DNA of 64,000 nt from the NCBI RefSeq assembly GCF_006345805.1, contig NC_042998.1:145886001-145950000 (forward strand), given 5' to 3'. Below the pieces are notes generated by a model. It worked only from the letters and a program-made list of their open reading frames with translations, was not told the origin of the DNA and made no database searches. Below are positions 53,200 to 64,000 of the stretch, piece after piece. How positions within the stretch are numbered: the first letter of the stretch is position 1; each line of letters begins with the position of its first letter. The DNA comes from Octopus sinensis. Lineage: Eukaryota. The translations under genes were made by a program, and so were the position numbers.

Positions 53200-54480
53200 T
53201 AAAAATTACAATGGGTTAAGAATAGCTTAGTTAAATTTTTTCGAAACATGGGCTTAAGAATTATTTTTGATGATATAACTAAAGCTAACATTTTGGATTT
53301 TACCCTTAACTTGCATAATGGATCATATTTCTCATACCATAAATCCTCAACTAATTTTAAATATATTAGCGGTTAATTAGCTCAGTAATTAGTCTAAGGC
53401 TATTACAAAGAATTTAGTTAGAAATATTTCACTTAGGCTTTCTAGATTATCTGCTAATGTTGATATCTTCAACGATAAAGCTGAATTTTATAACTGCCTT
53501 ACTTAAAGCAGGCTATAAAGAAAAAATTACCTATATTAACACTATTGACATTAATTCTACCTCTATTAATCAGAACATGAAATCAAGTCATAACGATCTT
53601 AGCAATATTAATTTTATTTCGAATAATAACACCAAATCGAGTAATGCAATTTTGCAGCGTAAGGGAGATAACCGTTATTTAAGACCCGATTTTCATTATA
53701 AAGGTACATCGAGTACTTTTAAAGATAATTACCCCAATAACAAGGTATTTCCAAGCAAAACTGTTTGCTTAATAATTCCATATTGTAAGCAGATCAAATC
53801 CAACCCCCCTTACTAGTTTCGTGAAGATACAAAAAAGAATTTCCCAAGAAATTCAAGATACTATTCGATTATTAATTCACAACGAATCAGGATAGGGTTT
53901 TCTAGCATAAAAAATCTTTCACAAATCATCTCTTCGCATAATTAGCATAATAATTAGTTGCTAAATACAAATCCACTTAATGAAAATAGTAACGTTGATT
54001 TTATTAACACTAACCAGTCTTTAAATAATAGCAGCGGTGTTAGTTTTTCTTATGCTGATTCCAATTGCAGTAATTCTAAGACTAGAACTCTATTTATCAA
54101 TGTAAAATTACTTCCGGATCAGATATCTTTTTTATATAGGTCCTTTTTATATAGGTAGCTCTTCATCTCAGTTGTCCAGAAGAATATTTAGTCATTTAGA
54201 CATATTAATAAACGTAACAATACTGGGCTTAGTAAATTAATTTGGTACCTAAAGAATCATAATAAACAATTTGATTTGGAATGTAATATTCTATTTATAT
54301 CTTTTCCATATGATAAAGGTAAATCTTTTTGTCCGCTTTGTAACAGTGAAATGTATTTCCTGCCGTTCTCAGAGAAGCCTCTTGTAAACAGGTTTATAAA
54401 ACGTGTTTATCGCTGCAATCATTGGCAAAAATATATCTATAGTTCCTATAAGTGATTTCTGCTATTCTATAAAATTCGAC
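53200..54480 (+). mobile_element. Penelope-like element, RT C-terminus + GIY-YIG, degenerate
   Basis: ANILDFTLNL..YISG..LRLSRLS..ALLKAGY; later NTGLSKLIWYLKN..CPLCNSE. Confidence 0.8.
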
Positions 54481-55033
54481 CTTTGACTGTCTTCTTACAT
54501 TTCACTTCCACTAAATATATCTACTCCCAAGCCTTTAAACTTTATTGCTATTCACCTATCGTTTTATATCTCTCTACTATTAGTTTCCTGCTAATTTCTT
54601 TCTGTCTCCTTCTCTTTCTATAAATTACCTTTGACGTTATATCTACTAACGGTTTGTTTGTTTTTTTTTAATTGCCAGCGTTCCCTTCATCATATACGCA
54701 GTCATTACATTATATTAAAATGTCTTGTTGCTGTGTTTGGTTTCTTTCTTTCCCTGATGGGAAGATTGTTTTACACCATCTTATTCCTTCTGTCGGAAGT
54801 AAAAAGATTTGAATAACACCTGCATTTAGCTCCATTTACATATATATATATACACCTTATGTATCGCCTCCGTGTCCATGTAACATAATATTTCTTTCAA
54901 TCCCTCTCTGCATATACATATATACTAATGAAAAATTTGTTTTATTTTAAGGTATTATAGATATATTTTGAAAATTGGTTTTCAATTCATCATTGTATAT
55001 ATTGTTACACACACACACATACATATATACATG

Positions 55034-55441
55034 CAGGGTGTTCAAAAAGTCTCTCCGGAGGGAATTTTTCGGTGAACGGATTATTTCCAAGGGACTTTGG
55101 CCACCAAAATCACCTGATTTAACACCGCCAGACTTTTTTCTGGGAAGCAAGTAAAGGATCAGTGTACAAGAATCGCCCGAAAAACCATTAATGAGCTAAA
55201 AGACGCAATCATAACCTTCACATGGTCCATACTGCGTCACACTCTCCAAGATGTATTTCAAAATATGTGTAGAAAAGTCAACTTATGTATTGAAAATGAA
55301 GTCACAACACTTTCAACACCTCTTATAAAGTTTTTTAAAGTCTTGTAAAATCTAATATATTCTTTTGTAGTCTTATACTATCTTATAAATATTTATTTTG
55401 CAATAAAATACTTACTGCGGAGAGACGTTTTGAACACACTG
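55034..55441 (+). mobile_element. Tc1/mariner internal-deletion derivative (DD37D/maT-like)
   Basis: 24-bp TIRs CAG(G/T)GTGTTCAAAA(A/C)GTCTCTCCG; TA at 55442-43; residual WPPKSPDLTPPDFF. Confidence 0.85.
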
Positions 55442-55940
<499 letters not shown>

Positions 55941-57298
55941 AACAAAATGTTTAACTGAAAACTGATTTTCAAAAAATATCTATACCTTAAAATGAACTTC
56001 TAACTAATATATACTCATATATGTGAGTTCAACACCCCCTCGCTTAGTGATAAGGGTGTTGAATTCATTATCGTAAGATTGTGCTTTCTATTCCTGGACC
56101 GAGCGACGCGTTGTGTTCTTGAGCAAAATACTTTATTTCACGTTGCTCCAGTCCTCTCAGTTGGCAGAAATGAGTAATCCTGCGATGGACCGGCGTTCCG
56201 TCTAGGAGGGGAATATATGTGCCATGGAAACCAGGAAATCAGCCTTTATGAGTCTGTATGACTCGAGAAGGAAACTTTAACTTTAATATATGTTCCTTGA
56301 GGAAGGCAGTATCTTTTGTTCAAAATTGTTTTTGCCTTGTGATATAGGGCCAAGACCATATGTGTGCCCTCTATGAAATGGAATATTTCATACATTTTGT
56401 TCTTTGCTCGTGTTAGTAAGAAACTCTGGGAAGAGGTGAACAGCACAAGGTCTCCATAGAAGAAACCCCACTTATGTGTTTCGGTCCTTAACTCCTTACA
56501 CTCTACTGTGATACAAGATCGTATATATGGGCCCTGTCAAAAGGATTATTTCATACCTCTTTTTGCCACCATCTCCACCTCTCATCAAAAACCCCAACAC
56601 TTTTCTGTCACCATTCTCTCTTCAATTTTATCCTTACAGAAATGACCACCTCTATCAATTCTTGTTCTTCACAACTTACAAATTCCTTAAGTGTATTTTT
56701 CTCGGCGAACTTTTTCAATTCATGGTTCCGATCATCCTCCCAGGTCATTCCCTCGTCTCCCACTCACCGTACTTATGTATAAGTTGCCGACTTGTTCAGC
56801 TTATGACCTTATTTTCTACTTCATTCACCTAACCATCACTGGTTTGTATTTGGCTGCTACATCAAACATAACTTTTCTCTCACAATTTACCTCCTCCTAC
56901 ATCGTACAACTTACACACTACTCACATTATTTCAGACCAGCTTTTCTCCCTCTCTTTCCATCTGTTTACTCTGTCTGTCTCCTTGATCTTTACTCTCCCT
57001 CCCTCCCTCCCCCCTCTCTCTCTCTCCTCGAAGAAGGACTGACGTCCGAAACGTTAGACTTTTCTTCTTTCTTACATAAAAGTTTCCCCTCAATTTGAAA
57101 TATTTGTATTACTTTATGAAGACAGAAGAACTTTACTATTTTTCTTCGTGTCAACTATTTTACTCCAAAAATTGACTTTGTGCCAAGTCAAAAGAAAATC
57201 ATTATTTGATTAACAATCTGATTTCTTAATAAAAGGCAGGAAAAAAATACTTTCAGCTGTCAAATATTTTCACTGGAGAAAACAAAGTGATAATGTTG

Positions 57299-57333
<35 letters not shown>

Positions 57334-57347
57334 ATATATATAATATA

Positions 57348-57406
<59 letters not shown>

Positions 57407-57441
57407 TGTGTGGTTTGTGTGTGTGTGTGTGTGTGTGTGAA

Positions 57442-57478
<37 letters not shown>

Positions 57479-57480
57479 AT

Positions 57481-57511
<31 letters not shown>

Positions 57512-57704
57512 GAGAAAGAATGGAAAGAGGAAAGTGAGAGAGAGAGAGAAAGACAAATGAAATTCAGAGAAAGAAAGAGAAAACTTACTTAAGCATTACA
57601 TCGAAATTTGTCTAAATCTGCTAATAGATTCAACTTCGTTCTTTCTTTCGTTATCAATTCTTTTCCATCGTCATTTCCTTCTGATTGCTCGACTATTATT
57701 TTTA

Positions 57705-57759
<55 letters not shown>

Positions 57760-59041
57760 CATTATTATTATTATTATATACACGCTTTTGCGAATATTTA
57801 CATAGCACAAACAAATCTGCTTGTACAAACTCTTATCTAGCATTCAATACACATCTGTCACCTCAAATGACGGCTTTAAGAAACTACAGGTCCTCGACAA
57901 ATTTCTTCGTCTGTTTTCTTACAGATAAATTGGAAATCCTTGCTAATTCTTGTGAACGTCCAGAAAGCTATTTCCAATAGTAGTCTCATTACTGGCTGAA
58001 GATATCTATCGTTTACTGTTCAATAGACAAATATCTTCGCCCAGTAATGATACTGTTTGGTTTGAAATTGGTTTCTTTTAATTTCCTTTCGTTTTCGAAT
58101 GATTACGTTGTTGTACTTGTTGTTGTTGTTTTGTTATTGTTGTTGTTGCTGCTGCTACGCTGCTACCGTTGTTGTTTTTGTTGTTGCTGTTGTTTGTCGT
58201 TGTTTTTCGAACATTGATCTGTGATATTTTTGATTTTCTTCTTCTGTAAATAAAACGCGAAGTTGGCCATTTTCTGGTGAAATATTTCAGGTAAGAACTG
58301 TGATAAAATAAATTAAAATACGGAGATGAGAAACCAATGAAAATCTCTCTGTAATCGAAAAGAACATACAAAGAACACTGGAGCTCTGGACGATATGACA
58401 TTAGTAATTGCAATCCAAAACTGTGCTTTCGAATCCTGCGACTTGAGCAATGGATTTCTTCGAATAAGGAACAGAGTATGAAGCAAACCTAGAGAACATA
58501 TGGAAGAGAATGATGATAAGTAATTGGGGATTGGAAGGTCAAAATATCGAATCTCACACCAAACTATTTATAAAGCATAAAGAAACCATTCATAATTATT
58601 TAGTTTCAAGATATTTTTGTATTTTTCTTGAGCCCTAGGACGCTAAAGCCTGTTATACGGTTTCCATAGCGTATAAGTGACCGACATCACAACATCCCCG
58701 TGAAAGGAGACACTGGTCCGTTACAGAGGCCAAGACCAGAAATGTTGAGGAGAGGGCTTTATCGGTACTGTTGATCCAAGTACTTGACTGATACTTTATT
58801 TTATCGACCCTCAAAGCCTGAAAAGCAAAGTTGATCACGCTAGATTTTGAACTCACAGCGTAAAGAACCAGAAGAAATGCTGCTAAACATTTTATCGGAC
58901 GTGCTGACGCTTCAACTCGCGCGCCGCCTTTCAGACGATTTGCTCTAGGTAATTATTTCTGAATGAAGCACAAAGCGAGAAATTAGACGCGAACAGTTAA
59001 TTACATTGACTCCAGTATATGACTGGTATTTTATTTATCGA

Positions 59042-59424
59042 CTAGCAGTATCGCCCGGCGTTGCTCAGGTTTGTAAGGGAAATAACTATAAAGCATTTTT
59101 AGAGAGTTATAGCCAAAAAATAGCAAAAAAATGGAAAAAAATGATGGTAAATTTTTTTTTGAGAGTTAAAAAAGGTGGATTTGCGTCCCCTAGACGTTAT
59201 GGTTTGTGTTTATGATTCTCGACCCCATGTCGAATTTATCGATTTTTTTCAGAACTGGGGGAACTTTTCAAAATTTTCGCTGCGTTAGTTTTGAATTATG
59301 ACATTGAGCTATGTGTGTGTCAAGTTTCATCAGAATCGGTTGAAAGCCGTGGTCAGGGTGAGGGTACAAGCAAACAGACACACAGAAACACGCACAGACA
59401 AACTGCCGTTTATATAGAGAGAGA
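59042..59424 (-). mobile_element. Non-autonomous Helitron (383 bp)
   Basis: Minus strand A|TCTCTCTCTATATAAAC ... cctgagcaacgccggg hairpin, gatactg CTAG|T; inserted between A and T. Confidence 0.85.
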
Positions 59425-59429
59425 TTATG

Positions 59430-59733
59430 GAATAATGAAAGACAAAGTTGTTAAAGAAAGATCATAATAATAATAATAGAGTGCTATACCTGTTGCTGTT
59501 GGAGCTTTGGATACTATAAGTCTCATGCTCACAAACTGGATTGAAAAGATAGGAGTAAATGTGAAGATAGATCATCTACAGAAAACAGTGTTTTCTTGGA
59601 ACTGAACGAATCCTCCGCAGAGTTCTTGAAATCTAAATGGGGAGTGTTATCTTGCCCACTGGTTGTGGACAGCTGACGCCTTGTTACATCCTCCAGCGAA
59701 GTCGCTGTACCAAACAAGATAACAATAACAATC
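59430..59733 (+). mobile_element. R4/Dong 3' terminal fragment
   Basis: IPVAVGAL..LQKTV..GT.RILRRVL stop, then a 3' UTR homologous to 18224-18330. Confidence 0.8.
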
Positions 59734-59829
59734 TTTCAAATTTTGGTACAAGGTCAGCAATTTTGAGGGTAGGCAAAAGTCGACTGCATCGATCCCAGTG
59801 CTCAACTCGTACTTGTTTTATCGACACAG

Positions 59830-61545
59830 AAGGTTTGGGGTTGATACAGAGTTCTGATAACATTTTAAATTTTATCAGGAAGTCAATGGAGAACTGGAAC
59901 ACAGAGTTAACATCATATGTAAAATTTTTGGCAAAGGTTAACATCAGGAGAAGCATATTTCAGAGAGATAGTCTGTCACCATTGCTATTTTTGATTTGTA
60001 TGATACCCATCACACAGATATTACGGAAAGTGACATCAGGGTGCACCTTGAAAAATGGAGAAAAGTTCAGAGTGAACGTGAAATAAATGGTCTGGTTTCA
60101 GCTGTGCAGATATTCAGTAAGGATATCGGGATGGAATTTGGGATTAAAAAGTGTGGAATGCTTATCATAAAAAAAAGCAAAGTTGTGTCATCTGATGGTG
60201 GAGAACTACCCAACAGCGAGAATCAAGGATCTTGAGATTGATAGATATAAGAATTTGGGTATTTTGGAGTATGGCAAAATCAAGGAGAGTTAGATGAAGG
60301 AAAGCTTTAGGCAAGAATATTTCAGAAGAACCTAATTAATTAATTATAGTAGACTCAATGGAAATAACAATAACATGGTAATGAATACATGGACGGTCTC
60401 ACGTTGCAAGTGTCGTTAGGTGTCGTTAGGTGGACAAAGAACTAACACAAGGAAAGGGAAAGAAAAACCATGAAAATGATGACAGTGAACAAGGAACTGC
60501 ACCCTAAAAGGGATATCGACAAACTGTAAGTGCCTAGATACAAGTGAGAAGGGGGTTTCATAGGATGCAATGTATGTATTGTCAGTGAGGAAAACTGTCT
60601 GGGATAGTACGTCAAACAGTAGATTGAACCTTTGTTTGTTCCTATTTCTAATAGCAACACCATACCTAGTGAAAATGTGACGCACCCAAAAGTGTTTAAG
60701 AAACAAAATGGAGAACAACTGGTAAATGAAAACGATGCATAGGCGATATCTAAGAGACCAGCATCTGGAAATGGTTAAGGAAAAATGATCTGAAAGGATG
60801 CACTGTGCTTTGGTAAGCAGCGCCCAGGAACAAGCTCTGAAAACTAATTACACCAAGTTCCAAATAGATAAGATCAGTTAATCGCCCATTTGTAGTATGT
60901 ATGGCAGCAAAAATGAAACAATCTCACATATTGTGAATAAGTGAATGTAACATACTGGCCCAAAAGGAATACAAAAGGAGGCATGATAATATAGCTAATT
61001 TTATTCACTAGAGATTGTGTGAGAAGCACTGTCTTGAAAGAGAATAGAAATGGTACAAACATAAATCAGAAGGCGTCACCGTTACAATCCAATGTGATTC
61101 CCTAATCGATGCTCGGAGACCAGACATTGTTGTGGTAGATAATAGAAAAGAGGAAACCGAAATCATAGACATTGCCATACATAGGGACACACGCGTAATG
61201 ATAAACAGCTGGAAATGATGGAGAAGTACAGACTACTAAAAGACGAAATTGCATGAATGTGAGCAATGAAGAGAGTAACTATAATTTAAGTAGTTGTAGA
61301 GGCACTGGGAACATTAACAGCCAGGTTTGAGAAATATGTTGGCGAAATTGGAATTGACATGAGGGTAAAACATGCTCAGAAAACTACTCTATTGGGGACA
61401 GCGAGGATTTTGAGATTGGAACTTGGATGTTAAATATCGTGGAAAGAGACTCTGTGAAACTTTTGCCAACAGGTTTCTGTCCGCTCTTACAGAATTAAGA
61501 GGAGCAAGTAAAATCGAGATCTCTGAGAAGTAAAATGGAAATAAT
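59830..61545 (+). mobile_element. R4/Dong retrotransposon, RT to endonuclease, degenerate
   Basis: SIFQRDSLSPLLF, DIGMEFGIKKC, YKNLG, RRPDIVVVD..IIDIA, TLLGTARILR. Confidence 0.88.
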
Positions 61546-61548
61546 CTG

Positions 61549-61743
61549 AGCACAAGGCCAGCAATTTCGGAAGAGGGGTAAGTCGATTACATCGACCCCA
61601 GTGTTCAACTGGTACTTATTTTATCGACCCCGAAATGGATGAAATGCAAAGTCGACATCGATGGAATTTGAACTCAGAACGTAGAAATGAACGAAATGCT
61701 GCTAAGTATTTTGCCTGGTGTAGTGATAATTCTGCCAGCTCGC

Positions 61744-61745
<2 letters not shown>
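61549..61745 (-). mobile_element. Family A SINE; further minus-strand copies at 20985-21175, 23570-23750, 58760-58930, 59735-59826, and a + copy at 32690-32885
   Basis: Family core sequence. Confidence 0.85.
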
Positions 61746-61802
<57 letters not shown>

Positions 61803-62531
61803 TAACAACAACAAATACAATTATTATTTATATGGAATTCAGACAGAAAGTTTTAAATAATGTTTCTCTCTGTATATGTCTGAATGTTTTTTAAAAAGCA
61901 TTATTTCAATGGTTTGAAGATGTATTTTTTCCTTTTATTTTGCCGTCTTTTGTTTTGATTTGTTGTTTTTGCTTTTGGTTGTTGCTTTTGATTTTGTTTT
62001 TGCAACCTTTTGGCTTTATTTCTCTTTCGTTGATTTTGATGTAGAAAGCAAATACAAGTAGAAAGTATCAGTTTTAAACAACACTTTTAAACATTTGCAA
62101 TAAAAAAAATTATAAAGGCAAGTGATTTTGAAATGTCAGACGATACCGAATTCTAGTTATGGCCGAAAGCACATTTTAGTTGGAGAAGAAGCAAAACACA
62201 AAATGATAATAAAATACATTCAGAGAAAAAGAAAAACATTTTCAGACTGGTTTTTATTTTGTTTTATCGAATCAACGAAGTTCAAGAAATACCAAATCTA
62301 GATAGTGCTTTTCATTGAGTTTCTATCGGTGTAATTCTATTAAACTATATTGTCGTTAATTTTTCTGCCACTAAAATAACGGGGTTTGGCCTTTAAACCT
62401 ACCTGTCTGGAAATGCAGTATTATCTTTTCTTTCTTTTATGTGAAACAAGTAATATTGATACAAACATGTGCATTTACAACAATGTAGCTGTAGCAGTTA
62501 CAACAATGTAGCTATATCATAATTATTATTA

Positions 62532-62560
62532 CTAGCAATTCCTGTGGAATTTTCACGGCC
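62532..62560 (-). mobile_element. Helitron-like 3' terminus
   Basis: Minus strand ccgtg-aaaattc-cacagg hairpin, aattg CTAG|T. No 5' end identified. Confidence 0.4.
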
Positions 62561-63761
62561 CATTTTGCAATACATTGTCAGCCATTAACATCTCCCCACT
62601 CAGTAATAATATCCCGTCATTTCCTCCATAAGCCTTTGATTATTTTTTTATATCTTGCCTCTTTTGTTCAGTCACGTTTTCTCTTATAACATGTTTTCTT
62701 ATTCTGGCTTATGCAAAATATTCTTGCCTATCATCATTGTTCATATTTTGTCATCTTTCTTGATTAACAGTTCTTATTCTTTCCCTATGAGATTCAGCCT
62801 TAGCCTTCGTCATACGACACCTAGTTTCATTTCCCATTAATTTCATTCCTTTTCCCTTGAGTTAATGCTTCTCATCATTCCTGATTCTCCTCTACTCATT
62901 CCAAATTCTTATTTCTTCTCTTTACCTTTTCCTAATTTTTCCCTGTATCTTCTCTGCTTCTCTCGATTCAATTCTCACTGTCTGCCGAAAGACATCAAAC
63001 TCCGTTTCGATCATAAAATAATTAAAGAAGCACTTGATATTATATAGTTGGTAACACTACATTCAAAATATACCGTAACACATCTTTTATGAAGAAAGTC
63101 AGGAAGACGATAGTTAACATAATGGATTGATGGAAAACTCCGTATCTTCGTGCACACATAAACATACACACACTCACTCCCATACGAACATTAATAACGT
63201 GCACGTGCACACATACACATATCCCCACTCTCACACTCACACACGGAGTGATAATTGTCGTCTGCGTGTATATATGTATGTGCATGTATGCGAGTGAATG
63301 CAAGTATGATGGGTGGGTGTATGTGCCAGTATTGTTCGTTTGAACCTCTCTTGCTCTCTCTCTATATATATCTGTCTCTCTTTTTTGTGTGCACACACTT
63401 TTACCACTAACTGTTGATTCTTGATAATAATGTCACTGTAAATATATAAATGTAACCCATTACTCTTTCGGTGGAAGAGGAGGGCAGATTAATTACATCT
63501 TAAATGGATAATCTGTGTCATTACGTCAGTGACCTTGCACAACAAAATATTGTTGTAGTTGCTGTTATTGTACTTGTGTTAACCACTGTAAATCACTTTC
63601 TCGATTTGCATCCTTTTATTCCAAAACAAAATACTACATAGGTTTCCAACGGGTTTATCACTGCTTCACAACATTTTTGATGGTAAGCTTGAGAATGGTA
63701 TGTATGTGAACCTAGAGAAGAATGAATCTACAGAAAAATGAATTTTTGTTCCATGCACCCG

Positions 63762-63853
<92 letters not shown>

Positions 63854-64000
63854 GAATATGAAATTGAAAATCCCTGGTACAGGATTATATATTTGAAAAA
63901 AAATGAATAGAAATGGCTTTTCTGATCATTTTCCACTTTGATAATTAGATGTTTTGTAAATATCTAATTATTAAAGTGGAAAATTTATCAGAAAAGTCAT

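Noticed and set aside
57900-57990. Strong-looking acceptor tgttttcttacag as a hidden exon
   Set aside because: All three frames stop within ~25 codons and there is no partner exon or homology.

Overview
AT-rich, microsatellite-saturated animal genomic DNA. The SINE families and the R4/Dong, RTE and Penelope content point to an octopod cephalopod (inference). I can support only one host gene: a two-coding-exon copper/TPQ amine oxidase (AOC family) on the + strand, join(5699..7789,11741..12025), 791 aa, with an N-terminal membrane anchor and all catalytic and Cu-binding residues present. The remaining ~52 kb is a transposon graveyard: five R4/Dong pieces, a CR1-group LINE, RTE and L1/Tx1 fragments, Penelope-like (PLE) fragments, a complete but dead mariner, a DD37D-type deletion derivative, a Chapaev3-like transposon, Helitron derivatives, fold-back MITEs and more than 25 tRNA-type SINE copies. 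Top observations: (1) a 413-bp near-perfect palindrome (24053-24465) in which each arm encodes a complete type I hammerhead ribozyme pointing outward, plus further minimal or decayed hammerheads elsewhere; (2) a 127-bp copy of AOC exon 1 inside the gene's own intron, fused to six telomeric repeats; (3) an unusual AOC active-site combination; (4) a 19-nt R4 3' tip duplicated together with its imperfect microsatellite tail 3 kb away. All alignments and folds were done by eye, and TE boundaries other than TIR/TC-CTAG-defined ends are approximate.
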